Assembly: GCA_963732975.1 (NCBI GenBank)
Contig: CAVTBN010000008.1
Location: 7,325-71,324, forward strand
Reading direction: 5' to 3'
DNA: 64,000 nucleotides
Source: an uncultured Acidobacteriota bacterium
GTDB taxonomy: Bacteria > Acidobacteriota > Terriglobia > UBA7540
The position numbers were made by a program, and so were the translations under genes. A model generated the notes under the pieces. The model saw only the letters and a list, made by a program, of their open reading frames with translations, was not told the DNA's origin and searched no databases. Within the stretch, counting starts at the first letter, position 1; each line of letters starts with the position of its first letter. This document shows positions 10,148-19,222 of this stretch, one piece after another.

Positions 10148-10172
10148 CCGCGTGGGGCGCGCCACGGCGGCT
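10146..10172 (+). terminator. possible hairpin terminator after cassette copy 2
   Basis: gccgcgtgg-ggcgcg-ccacggcggc forms a 9-bp stem with one bulge, starting at the stop codon of 9755..10147. It is followed by ctctcgtctt, only a weak T tract. Confidence 0.3.
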
Positions 10173-10195
10173 CTCGTCTTGAAGTTCTAACTGCC

Positions 10196-10694
10196 GGACC
10201 CACTCACGGGAACCGTACCCATCGCGATGTTGCGGTGGGTACGGTCCAACATTCGCGCGTTTTCGGGCAGCGAAGCAGTATACTAAACTAGCCTATTGCT
10301 AAGGCCGCGCCGCCCGCCTTGACTCCCCGCGGGCCCATTCCGAGCGCGGCCCCGGAGGGGATTCTCCGATGCCTCGATCCAAATCCGCGGCCCCGCCCGC
10401 CGATTCCAATATCCCTGTTTCTTCCCTCCGTCTCCGCTACTTCCCCTTTGACCGCCTGAAGGAACTCGCCAGCCTTCAGGCCGAGGAGCAGGAGCAGCGT
10501 GAAACCGCCGAACTTCTGGCCGGGGTGAGCGGTGAGGCTTAGGAGTGTTCCTCCAGGCGCGGGAGCAGCCCCTGCCCGCGAAGCCGGCCCTGCCGCCCAA
10601 ATTTATTTGACAGTTAATGACTCCGTATGACAAATTGACAGCCTAGCTCGGAGGGGACGGGTAATCGAAATTTCACTCTCCCGTGAGTGGGTCC
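10196..10694. repeat. 499-bp segment bounded by a perfect 16-bp inverted repeat (GGACCCACTCACGGGA / TCCCGTGAGTGGGTCC)
   Basis: IR-L is at 10196-10211 and IR-R at 10679-10694; both were read directly and are exact reverse complements. The interior holds a 9-bp-stem hairpin (10213-10245), a 57-codon ORF and two TTGACAG boxes. No flanking target-site duplication is visible. Confidence 0.55.
10369..10542 (+). CDS. possible small protein (57 aa), unknown function
   Basis: ATG at 10369 is preceded by GGAGGGG (10354-10360). Translation: MPRSKSAAPPADSNIPVSSLRLRYFPFDRLKELASLQAEEQEQRETAELLAGVSGEA. It is below the ORF-track size cut-off and I recognise no family. The only competing ORF is an R/G/P-rich antisense one. 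Confidence 0.3.
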   Translation: MPRSKSAAPPADSNIPVSSLRLRYFPFDRLKELASLQAEEQEQRETAELLAGVSGEA

Positions 10695-11074
10695 GTGATA
10701 TTTTGCCGGCCCCTCCGGCCAGATGTAGATTTTTGTCCTGTCAATCCAGCCTTTCCGCAAGGGCGCGGTTTCCACTTCGGGATTTCTCGGCTTGGTGCGG
10801 CCTGTCGTGCCTGGTAGCACATCTACTATTTCTGCTTGGTTTTGAAGGAGTTGCAGCCAGGCCGGCGGGGAAGCTGGTCCTGGAAAGCATTGTGGCCGTG
10901 AATGTCCAGGTGGCTGAAACCAGCGGCGGGCCGACAGGCAGGATGCTTTGCGAAGGGCTTGGGGCTTCCTCCGGCGCTCCCTGCATCGCCGCGGACATCT
11001 CCAGAAAATTGAAAATGTGCTGGCCGCGCGGTCCGCATAACTGCACGTGCCACCCCGGCGCGTGAGGGAGTTCT

Positions 11075-11656
11075 CTATTCCGGTGAGATGGGGCCGTGCC
11101 AGGCGAGACCGAAGTAGCCCTCGTGCATTTCTACCGTAGCAGTTTTCCCAACCTGGGCGCGGTCATATGCGGACTTGCCGACGCCGAAGTGTTCAAAATT
11201 TTTGCCGGCCCGCCACGAGGTGACCACCAGGTTGTAGCTGGTCGTGCGCCTTCCACGATAGACGCTTTTACGAACGACAGTGGTGGACATGCGGCTCACT
11301 TGTGACCGGTCCATTCCTCCGTTCAGAAATAGAAAAAGGGAGAAGATCATCAGCACCAGGCACGCCGAGATATAGACTTTCCGCCACGGCATTGCGGCCA
11401 TACTTGCCGGCATGAGTATCCAGATCAGCAGATGCACAGCCACGGGGAGGAGATAAACGCCCAACATGAAGGCCCAGGGCATGCGCGAGTCCAGCGGAGG
11501 GTACATGTTCAAGGCGACCAGGCAGACCATAATCCCCGGCATCATGAAAAACATATTCAGTAGCGGCAGTCCGCTGCCGGACGAAGAGACCGAGTAGCCC
11601 GGAGAAAGCTTGTTATTGATCCGGAGTTCAAACTTGTCTGCCAATGGTTCCCCCAC
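11075..11656 (-). CDS. hypothetical membrane protein (three to four TM helices plus a C-terminal beta-rich domain, DUF3592-like)
   Basis: 193-aa ORF with a GTG start. It has hydrophobic segments (LPLLNMFFMMPGIMVCLVAL, AFMLGVYLLPVAVHLLIWILM, ACLVLMIFSLFLFL) and the tail VVRKSVYRGRRTTSYNLVVTSW...GKTATVEMHEGYFG. The start is uncertain. Confidence 0.55.
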   Translation of the reverse strand: MGEPLADKFELRINNKLSPGYSVSSSGSGLPLLNMFFMMPGIMVCLVALNMYPPLDSRMPWAFMLGVYLLPVAVHLLIWILMPASMAAMPWRKVYISACLVLMIFSLFLFLNGGMDRSQVSRMSTTVVRKSVYRGRRTTSYNLVVTSWRAGKNFEHFGVGKSAYDRAQVGKTATVEMHEGYFGLAWHGPISPE

Positions 11657-11796
11657 CAGCCTTAACCGCAGTCAGCGCCTTCCTGACCGCGGACCTTTCC
11701 AAATCCTTACGGCTCCCTTTCCGGACATTATCGGCTAATGCCGGTGCGTCCACCATGGCGGGCGCCACCGATGCACCACTTTTCGATGGGTCGTCT

Positions 11797-13686
11797 TTAC
11801 GGGCCAACCACCGGTACCTCAATGTGGGTCGGGTAGCGGCTGGAGTGGTAGACGCGCTCGGTGGCTTTCTGGAAGTCCGCCGCGGTGGCCTTGAAGATGT
11901 TGGGCACCCACGTCTGGGGGTTGCGGTCGATCACCGGAAACCAGGTGCTCTGCACCTGCACCATGATGCGGTGGCCTTTCAGAAAGCGGTGATTGTTGGT
12001 GTGCAGATCGATGGTAATGGGGGTCACCTGGTTGGGCGTCATGGGTTCCGGGTGGACAAAGCTGTGGCGGAAGCGCGCGCGGAACACGTCATTGGCGATC
12101 ATCAACTGATATCCGCCCAGCTTGGGTTCCTGCGCATAGTCTTCAGGATACACGTCAATCAGTTTGGCGATGTAATCGCTGTCGGCGCCCGTGGTGGAAA
12201 CAAAGAGATGGGCCACAATGTCCCCGGCTACGGAAAGGTCTTCAGCGAGCGGCTTGCTTTCCCAGGTGAGGGTGTCGGGCCGGAAGCTTGCGAGCCGCTG
12301 GTCCTGCAACAGCCACGTGCACCACTCGCCGCACGGGTAAGTGGGGTCCATGGGCCGTTGCCGGTAGGGAACCGGGTTCGCGGGGTCGGAGACGTAGCTG
12401 TCAAAGCCGGGCCTTTCGTCCTTGCCTGCCGGAGGGCTGAACGATAGAACTCTTCCTGCATGGACGTACAGCTTGCGCTCAGTGACGTTCTGGCGGGGTG
12501 GCCATTGATCGAAAGCCTGCCACTGGTTTGAGCCGGTCTGGAAGGTCAGAGCCTCCTTGAAGGGCAGGGGGCCTTTGTCCTTCAGCCAGTGCGCGAACCA
12601 CGCCGCCTGCACCTTTTCCCGAAAGTATTCGCTGGTGTTGCTGCCGAAATCGACAGGGCCTAAAGTCCGCCCGGAGCCGCTGGCCCAGCCGCCGTGGTTC
12701 CAGGGCCCTGCCACCAGGTAGTTCAGATGGTTCGGGTCGTGCTTCTCGAGCGCTTCATAAATCGTAACGGGGCCGTAGAAATCCTCCTGGTCCCACCAGC
12801 CCGCCACGTTCAGATTGGGAACGGTGAGCTTCAGTTTCGCGACGTAGGGCGTCACGGCCTGCTTCTGCCAGAAGGCGTCGTAGTTGGGATGCGCGACGTA
12901 ATCGTTCCAGGTGGGAATGGTGCCGTGCAGGTATTCGGCGTTGGCGTTCAGGAGCGGGCCGAGGTTCAGCAGGTACCATTCATAGACGTCATGGCGGTCA
13001 AAGTTGAAATGGAAGTTGGTTTTCCCTGTTTCCATCATGGTGGCGTAGAAGAATCCATAACTCAGGCGGAAGGCGCCGTTGTGGTGGAAGTCGTCGCCCA
13101 GGTACATGTCGGCGGGCGAGGCCTGTTCCGACGCGGCCTTCAGCGCCGGGTGCGGGTCCAGCAGGGCCATGGTGGTGAGCCATCCGCCGTAGGAGATGCC
13201 CAGAATACCCACCCGGCCGTTGTTGCCCGGGACGTGTTTCAGCAGCCAGTCGATGGTGTCATAGGTGTCGGTGCCTTCGTCAATCGCTTTGGGATCCCCC
13301 GGGTCGCGCGGAGGCCGCATCATCACAAATTTCCCCTCGGACTTGTACCGCCCGCGAATGTCCTGGAAAACAAAGATGTAGCCCTCGCGGACCAGTTCGG
13401 TGTAATGGCCGAACTTCCCGCTGTAGCCCTGGGCGTCGTCATTCAGGCCGTAGGGAGTGCGCTCAAAAATGAAGGGCAGCGGGCCGTCAGCCTGCCGGGG
13501 AATGTAGATTTCCGTGTGCAGCCGGACGCCGTCGCGCATGGGGATCATCACGTCCATCTTCCTGAAGATTTGCGGCAGGTCCGGCTCGTCCGAGGCGGCG
13601 CGGGTAAACGATTGGGGCAGCGCCAACAGGAGAATGACGGCGGCAGAGAGCAGGCCGATCGTGGCGCGGAACATTTTTACGGTCAT
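11797..13686 (-). CDS. CocE/NonD family hydrolase (X-Pro dipeptidyl-peptidase S15-like), secreted
   Basis: Starts at the internal ATG 13686 (RBS GAGAGG) with signal peptide MTVKMFRATIGLLSAAVILLLALP. Contains FERTPYG and the nucleophile elbow LGISYGGW, plus a long C-terminal beta-sandwich domain typical of the family. Confidence 0.85.
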   Translation of the reverse strand: MTVKMFRATIGLLSAAVILLLALPQSFTRAASDEPDLPQIFRKMDVMIPMRDGVRLHTEIYIPRQADGPLPFIFERTPYGLNDDAQGYSGKFGHYTELVREGYIFVFQDIRGRYKSEGKFVMMRPPRDPGDPKAIDEGTDTYDTIDWLLKHVPGNNGRVGILGISYGGWLTTMALLDPHPALKAASEQASPADMYLGDDFHHNGAFRLSYGFFYATMMETGKTNFHFNFDRHDVYEWYLLNLGPLLNANAEYLHGTIPTWNDYVAHPNYDAFWQKQAVTPYVAKLKLTVPNLNVAGWWDQEDFYGPVTIYEALEKHDPNHLNYLVAGPWNHGGWASGSGRTLGPVDFGSNTSEYFREKVQAAWFAHWLKDKGPLPFKEALTFQTGSNQWQAFDQWPPRQNVTERKLYVHAGRVLSFSPPAGKDERPGFDSYVSDPANPVPYRQRPMDPTYPCGEWCTWLLQDQRLASFRPDTLTWESKPLAEDLSVAGDIVAHLFVSTTGADSDYIAKLIDVYPEDYAQEPKLGGYQLMIANDVFRARFRHSFVHPEPMTPNQVTPITIDLHTNNHRFLKGHRIMVQVQSTWFPVIDRNPQTWVPNIFKATAADFQKATERVYHSSRYPTHIEVPVVGP

Positions 13687-13810
13687 AAGGTTTTCCTCTC
13701 TCCGATCCTTGCATCGGCACGGGCTACGCATCTTTGTTGTTGTGGGCCGGTTTGCGGCGGGTGCCGCGGAAGCCCGCATTGTACCGCCAGCGGTTCCGCA
13801 AAGCGAGAGT

Positions 13811-14644
13811 TTATTGTCCCGGGTGGGATGAAAGAGGGTGGCCTGCGGCGGGAGCCTTGCGCCTTCGCCGCCTCAGCCATGCCAGGAGGCACAGCGACAC
13901 CACCAGAAGCGAGATGGCAACGGCATCTATTTGCCAGGCTGGAAACAGCATAATGCTTTTTGCGGCCAGCACGGCCAATTGCCGCAGTGAACTGAACATT
14001 TCTGCGATTTCAAAGGTCCAGGCAAAGAGCAAGGCGTACAGGTAAGCTGGGTAAGGGTCCAGAAAATCCAGGCACACGCGCGCCGCATTTCTGAAGGTTT
14101 CGGTCCCTGACAGGAACGCCATCGCCGAGCCCAGCAGCGCGCCGGCGATGAAGTCGGTGGGGTAATGGGTTCCCACGTAGATGCGGGGAAGATTGGTGAC
14201 AAAGGCGTAAGCAAGGGCCAGTGCGCCAAGCCGCCTGGCAACTATCCAGAGGCCTGTGGCGATGCAAAAAGTCAGCACCGCATGGTCGCTCGGAAACGAA
14301 CTCCAGTGGATCAGGGCGTTGGGATTTGAGGTAAAAGGATGAGTGAAATCCAATTGCGGATTACGGATCGGCCTCTCCCGAAAGGGGAGACTTAAGGCTA
14401 ACATCCTGGCCAGAACCACCGCCAGCGCGCACACCCCGAGATTGGCCGCCAGCACCTCTCTTTTTCGGGGATCTTTCCTTCCATACTCGATCCAGGCCCA
14501 CCAGAACATGGCCATCAGGACTGCTCCGTCCAGGAAATCGTTGTCGGCAATTAGCCCGAGTGTGGCGTCGGCTATCCACGAATGGTGCGCAAAGGAGTTG
14601 AGAAAATGTAGGATCGAAAGGTCAAACCCGGTCATCGACCTCAT
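13811..14644 (-). CDS. PAP2 superfamily phosphatase (membrane)
   Basis: 277-aa multi-TM ORF with PAP2 motifs FRERPI, SFPSDHAV and VGTHYPTDFIAG. Confidence 0.8.
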   Translation of the reverse strand: MRSMTGFDLSILHFLNSFAHHSWIADATLGLIADNDFLDGAVLMAMFWWAWIEYGRKDPRKREVLAANLGVCALAVVLARMLALSLPFRERPIRNPQLDFTHPFTSNPNALIHWSSFPSDHAVLTFCIATGLWIVARRLGALALAYAFVTNLPRIYVGTHYPTDFIAGALLGSAMAFLSGTETFRNAARVCLDFLDPYPAYLYALLFAWTFEIAEMFSSLRQLAVLAAKSIMLFPAWQIDAVAISLLVVSLCLLAWLRRRRRKAPAAGHPLSSHPGQ

Positions 14645-14976
14645 GCCTCCAGATTGAATGTCCGAAATCCCGTTCGGGGAATGGCAGGAGAGTTCCCGGT
14701 TACGCGCTCAACTGGCAGGGGCCGAGCACTCCAGGGGATTTATACACCAGAAACCGGAAATGATGAAGCGGAAAATGTGAAAGACAGCCCGTGAAGCGGG
14801 ATGGGAGTTTCTGCTGGACGGAAGCCGTCCCGGGTGTTTGAATGGAAAAAGTCCGGCTGCGCCTGTTCCATTCGATGGAATCGGCCGTTCAAGAGCCACG
14901 GTTCCAGCGGCCCCGGTTTGCCCGAAGGGGGCGGGGTGACGATGGATCTCAGCCATTGCAGAAAGGGGTTTAACGT

Positions 14977-16827
14977 ATGTTTCGTAACCTGGGTTTGCGG
15001 CTGATCATCATATTGCCGGCCGCCATCGTATTCTTATTGCCATCGGGCCTCACCCTCCTCGCGCAGAACAATCCTCGCGTCGGGTCTCCCAACGTTGCCA
15101 TTGCTGACCCGCCGCTGCCGGTGCCCTCCACCCGGCCCTGCACTGTGCGGCTGTTTCCCAAAGAAGATTTCGGCCCAGCGGGTGAAAACACGCGCATGGA
15201 CGCAGTACCGCACACCTTCACCTACCAACCGCCCGCCAACTGCGAAGGGCCGTGGGCCAAGGTGGTGCTGGTCGCTGATTTTTCGGTTGATCCTGGCCAC
15301 CAGTATGACCGCACTGCCTCCATCTGGCTCGACGGCGTCAACATCTACTTCGGCACCACGGAAGAGCCGTCACCGGACTTCGGCCCCAGCTGGCAGATCG
15401 AGCGCGACCTCACAGACTATTCCAGCCTGCTGCGTTCGCCCGGCAAGGGCGCGGCGCTCATCAACAACTGGACTGACCCCAGGCGGGCCAGCGTGATCCA
15501 CGCGAGCGCGCGGATTCTCTTCTATCCTGCCGACGCAAACCACCCCGCGCCCGCCACGCCCGACGCCGTCTACGCGCTGAACCCGTCCAACGCCGCCGTC
15601 AATCTCCAGATCGGCAGCGACCAATTGGTGCGCAGGATAAAGTTTCCGCGCAACACCCGGCGCATCTATCTGGACGAGTTTGCGCAAAGCCAGTTCCACG
15701 ATGAGTTCTGGTACACCTGCCTGCCGGACAAGTACATTCAGCAAACCATGGCCTTTGCCATGAAGCGCGGATACAAGGGCGCGCCCAGGCGCGCGCGCGC
15801 CTGCAGCGGCGGCAGCTACCGCGAGGTTGAAGTTCTGGTCGACGGACAGCCGGCGGGCCTGGCGCCCATTTTCCCCTGGGTTTACACCGGCGGCATCGAT
15901 CCCTATCTGTGGCGGCCGACGCCCGGGGTCCAGACCCTGAACTTTGCGCCCTATCGGCTTGACCTGACGCCCTTCGCCGGGCTGGTAAGTGACGGCGCCG
16001 AGCATTCGGTTGCCGTGCGCGTGCTGGGTTCAAACCATTACTTCTCGGTGGGCGCGGCGCTGCTGGTCTACCGCGACGCGAAGGCGGAACACACCGGGGG
16101 CGCCGTTACACGCAACACGCTGAAAGGCCAGTCGCTGGAACCCACCGTCACCAGCACGCTGGGCCCAGACCCCAGCAAAGTGAATGGCAACGTGCAGACG
16201 CTCGCTGACCAGAGCTACGTGATTGAGGGTTACGTCAACACGCCGTCGGGGAAGGTGAACACGCGCGTGAAACAGAGCCTGAAATTCAATAACACCCAGA
16301 CTTTCTCCACTGTCGATGCCACCACCACACGGCACGTCACCGAGCAGTCGGGCAATGTGTCGAGCGCGAGCAGCAGCACGGGCGGGGATTCCGCCGGCCG
16401 GGCGTTCACACGTTCGTTCAGCTATTCGCTCACAGCCAACGTCCTGCGCCACTCGGATTCCGGCCGTAGCCGCACCCACACCGTCCAACTGCGGCAGGTC
16501 TATGATAAGCATATCGAGCAGCGCGAAGGCGGGCTTCCGCCCTACACGGCCAGCGTTCGCAACATGCGCACGGCGGCCGACACGGTGAACTTCAACTTCA
16601 GCGGCGGGCACGTGGGACTTTCCGGCAACCGCGGCCAGACCAGCGCGCAGACCTTTGCCTTCACCGATTCGTTGGGCGACTGCTACAAGGCGGACCTGAA
16701 GGCGGAGGGCGGCAAGGTCACAAGCTTTAGTGAAGGGCAGGGCTGCAGTGTAAAGCGGATGCACTGGTTTGTGCATCCCACCGGGTCGCCCGACAGCTTC
16801 GGATGGCGCAAAAACCCGGTGCGATAG
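14977..16827 (+). CDS. peptide-N4-(N-acetyl-beta-glucosaminyl)asparagine amidase A (PNGase A)-like secreted protein
   Basis: 616-aa ORF with a signal peptide. The block CTVRLFPKEDFGP...YQPPANCEGPWAKVVLVADFSVDPGHQYDRTASIWLDGVNIYFGTTEEPS...WQIERDLTDYSSLL matches my memory of the PNGase A family (PF12222) signature. The C-terminal about 200 aa are Ser/Thr-rich and unassigned. Confidence 0.6.
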   Translation: MFRNLGLRLIIILPAAIVFLLPSGLTLLAQNNPRVGSPNVAIADPPLPVPSTRPCTVRLFPKEDFGPAGENTRMDAVPHTFTYQPPANCEGPWAKVVLVADFSVDPGHQYDRTASIWLDGVNIYFGTTEEPSPDFGPSWQIERDLTDYSSLLRSPGKGAALINNWTDPRRASVIHASARILFYPADANHPAPATPDAVYALNPSNAAVNLQIGSDQLVRRIKFPRNTRRIYLDEFAQSQFHDEFWYTCLPDKYIQQTMAFAMKRGYKGAPRRARACSGGSYREVEVLVDGQPAGLAPIFPWVYTGGIDPYLWRPTPGVQTLNFAPYRLDLTPFAGLVSDGAEHSVAVRVLGSNHYFSVGAALLVYRDAKAEHTGGAVTRNTLKGQSLEPTVTSTLGPDPSKVNGNVQTLADQSYVIEGYVNTPSGKVNTRVKQSLKFNNTQTFSTVDATTTRHVTEQSGNVSSASSSTGGDSAGRAFTRSFSYSLTANVLRHSDSGRSRTHTVQLRQVYDKHIEQREGGLPPYTASVRNMRTAADTVNFNFSGGHVGLSGNRGQTSAQTFAFTDSLGDCYKADLKAEGGKVTSFSEGQGCSVKRMHWFVHPTGSPDSFGWRKNPVR

Positions 16828-16971
16828 TGGCAAGTTGGCGGCGTCGCCCTTTCACCCTCGATCCCGCCGGCGGGTGGTGCGTCCATTGCACTTTCTGCCA
16901 CGCGCAGGGCTGCCAGAGAGCGGGGAGCCAGGACGTTCAGGTCCGTCGTCATGCCGAGAGCGCCCGCTGCT

Positions 16972-17265
16972 TCAGGGCAGGGAAGCGATGATCTTGTCAG
17001 CCTCTTCTTCCGCGAAGGCGCGCAGGGTCTCGGTCTGGATAAATCCCTGCGAAGCTCCAGCCAGGACCAGCCGGGCCATGGTGGCGTCGTCGGGAGCTTC
17101 GGCGATGGCCACGGCGTCGTACTGTCCCATGGTGATGTAAACGTGCTTCAATTTCGCTCCGGCGGCGGCAAACATCTTTCTTGCCGCCTCGCGGCGCGCC
17201 GGACTGTCCTTGATGGCCTCTTTGGCTTTCTGGGTGTAGCGAAGAAACGCGATGTAGGTTGCCAT
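16972..17265 (-). CDS. GYD domain-containing protein
   Basis: 97-aa ORF MATYIAFLRYTQKAKEAIKDSPARREAARKMFAAAGAKLKHVYITMGQYDAVAIAEAPDD, a typical GYD family sequence. Confidence 0.8.
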   Translation of the reverse strand: MATYIAFLRYTQKAKEAIKDSPARREAARKMFAAAGAKLKHVYITMGQYDAVAIAEAPDDATMARLVLAGASQGFIQTETLRAFAEEEADKIIASLP

Positions 17266-17369
17266 GGGTTTTCCCTCCTTTTAAAAGTCAGGACATTCTA
17301 CCAGAGCCGGCAGCAAAGGGTTTTCAAAGTGATCCGGGAGAGGGCGCGGAATAAGAGTTCAGAAAAGTA

Positions 17370-17403
17370 TTGACTTAGAGTACTCTGCAATATAGAGTAC
17401 TCT
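17370..17403 (+). promoter_or_regulatory. promoter-like TTGACT plus two copies of the 10-bp palindrome AGAGTACTCT (putative operator)
   Basis: TTGACT is at 17370-17375. AGAGTACTCT is at 17377-17386 and 17394-17403, 17 nt centre to centre, just upstream of RBS AAAGGAGG and the ATG at 17426. Confidence 0.5.
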
Positions 17404-17425
17404 AATGATGTGAAAGGAGGCTTCC

Positions 17426-17980
17426 ATGTCCGTGACGAATTCCAATGCGGCCCGGTCCCTCGACGAAATCCAGCGTGCCCAGCGCCGCAGCGCCGTTGTT
17501 TACGGCTATCAGAAAGCTTCATCCCATCTAATCCTTTGGGGTTTCATCTGGGTGGCCGGATATTCCGCAACTTACTTTCGGCCACAAGCGAACGCAGCAG
17601 TGTGGCTGCTCCTGGTTCTGCTGGGCATCACCGCAGATTTCTGGATCGGCCGGCGCACGGCCACTGAGGGTTCGCACACCCACGGCTGGCGTTTTGCTGC
17701 CAGCATATTGGCCGCGTTTCTCTTTTTCGTGGCGCTCTTCACAATCATGCCGCCCCGGTCGGGCTTGCAAGTGGGCGCGATTATTCCCATTTTCTTCGGT
17801 CTTTGCTATGCGATAGGTGGCATCTGGAAGCGCGGCGCGCGGTTCGTCCTGCTCGGAGTGGCGGTCGGGGTGCTCACTGTCGCGGGATATTTCTGGCTGA
17901 CGCAGTATTTCCTGTTGTGGATGGCTGCCGTCGGCGGCGGGGCACTCATTCTCGGCGGCCTTTGGCTGAGGAAGGTCTGA
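17426..17980 (+). CDS. hypothetical membrane protein (about five TM helices)
   Basis: 184-aa ORF with a strong RBS and several hydrophobic helices. It lies 3 nt upstream of the winged-helix regulator gene, so an operon is likely. Confidence 0.65.
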   Translation: MSVTNSNAARSLDEIQRAQRRSAVVYGYQKASSHLILWGFIWVAGYSATYFRPQANAAVWLLLVLLGITADFWIGRRTATEGSHTHGWRFAASILAAFLFFVALFTIMPPRSGLQVGAIIPIFFGLCYAIGGIWKRGARFVLLGVAVGVLTVAGYFWLTQYFLLWMAAVGGGALILGGLWLRKV

Positions 17981-17983
17981 GCG

Positions 17984-18289
17984 ATGGACCAGCCCAACCC
18001 TGCTGTTCACCAACCGGTTCGGCTCAAAATCATGGCCGCTTTGAAGGCGCTGCCTTCTCGTGAGTTGCTGGAATTTACACGCCTGAAAGCCATCCTCGGC
18101 GCCACCGACGGCAACCTCGGCGCACACCTCGGCACGCTGGAGGAATCAGGATATGTGGAGATCCAGAAGGATTTCGTACGGAAGAAGCCGCGCACGCGCG
18201 TACGACTCACGAGGGCCGGCCGGCGGGCCTTCGAGGACTATGTTGCCTACCTGCGCGAAATTGTCGAGCAGGCTGAACAATCCGGCTAG
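17984..18289 (+). CDS. winged-helix transcriptional regulator (HTH_34 / ArsR-MarR-like)
   Basis: 101-aa ORF: VHQPVRLKIMAALKAL...EFTRLKAILGATDGNLGAHLGTLEESGYVEIQKDFVRKKPRTRVRLTRAGRRAFEDYVAYL. Confidence 0.8.
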   Translation: MDQPNPAVHQPVRLKIMAALKALPSRELLEFTRLKAILGATDGNLGAHLGTLEESGYVEIQKDFVRKKPRTRVRLTRAGRRAFEDYVAYLREIVEQAEQSG

Positions 18290-18345
18290 CCTTCGCTATC
18301 TCGCAAAGGCACACGCCCCTGCGCTGCTTTTTCTGCGGAAAGCTC

Positions 18346-19170
18346 CTACCGGTGCCGAAGCCGCCGGCGCAGGCCGGGGTAGAGTTCGCCGATGGAATAG
18401 ACAACCCCCATGACAAAACGCTTGCGGAACGGCGCGTTGGGAGTCAGGGCTGTGTCCATGCCCGCATCCACCACCAGGCGGGGCGAGAGATTGCAAGTCA
18501 GGGCCCACAGGGTTGAAGTGTACCCGTGGACGGCGTTGTTCAACCGCGTGTCGCCGTAAATTTCACCCGTCAGCGCCAGCTTCTTCCACACCGGATGCGA
18601 AAAGGATAGATCGATCTCCGCGGCCGTATCCCGCCCGCCGCCCGCCGGGCGTCCGATGACCAGGGCGCTGGCGTTGAAATCAAAGTGCGTAGCTCCGAGG
18701 TCCTTGCTGGCAAGAAATTTGATCTGCTGGTCCACTTGCCCCGTACCCAGGCCCCGGGCGGCGCTGGCGCTGGGTATCTTCACCATGTAGCTCGCCGCCA
18801 TGGTGGGCACCGTGCGGCTTTGGTGAAAAAAGCGATACTGCGCGCCGATCCAGTTGTCTCCAAAACCTCTTTGCCCATCCTGGCTGATCACCGTGTCCGG
18901 GCTCCAGCGGAGTTCCAGGTTGCAAAGGGCCGAAAATTTTAGCAGGGCGCCAAAATCGTTTTCGCGCGCCTGCCCGCCCAGCCAGACGTGGTTCCATCCA
19001 TACTCGACTTCGAGAACGCCGTATTCGGTGATATCGGCGGGGTCAGCCACGGTGGGCCGGCCTGGGTTGGCGCGAATTCCTCCCTGCGGCGCACTTGCAC
19101 ATTGGGCGGCAAGACCCGCGGGCGCCGCGAGACACAACAACAGGATGATGCAGCTCGAACGAAATTGCAT
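18346..19170 (-). CDS. putative outer-membrane beta-barrel protein (MetA-pathway/phenol-degradation-like transporter family)
   Basis: Starts at the internal ATG 19170 with signal peptide MQFRSSCIILLLCLAAPAGLAAQ. Shows alternating beta-strand patterns and a C-terminal aromatic-rich strand. The family call is tentative. Confidence 0.5.
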   Translation of the reverse strand: MQFRSSCIILLLCLAAPAGLAAQCASAPQGGIRANPGRPTVADPADITEYGVLEVEYGWNHVWLGGQARENDFGALLKFSALCNLELRWSPDTVISQDGQRGFGDNWIGAQYRFFHQSRTVPTMAASYMVKIPSASAARGLGTGQVDQQIKFLASKDLGATHFDFNASALVIGRPAGGGRDTAAEIDLSFSHPVWKKLALTGEIYGDTRLNNAVHGYTSTLWALTCNLSPRLVVDAGMDTALTPNAPFRKRFVMGVVYSIGELYPGLRRRLRHR

Positions 19171-19222
19171 GATTACCCTTATTGATGATAATGGAATTTG
19201 TGTGGTGGCGCAGACGCACGAC

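Noticed and set aside
10283-10633. 116-aa minus-strand ORF, together with the ORFs at 10703..11065(+) and 10741..11046(-), in the gene-poor stretch.
   Set aside because: Their composition is dominated by R/G/P/S, they overlap one another in different frames, and I see no motifs. Given the frameshift problem in this window, a degraded gene cannot be excluded, but none is recognisable.
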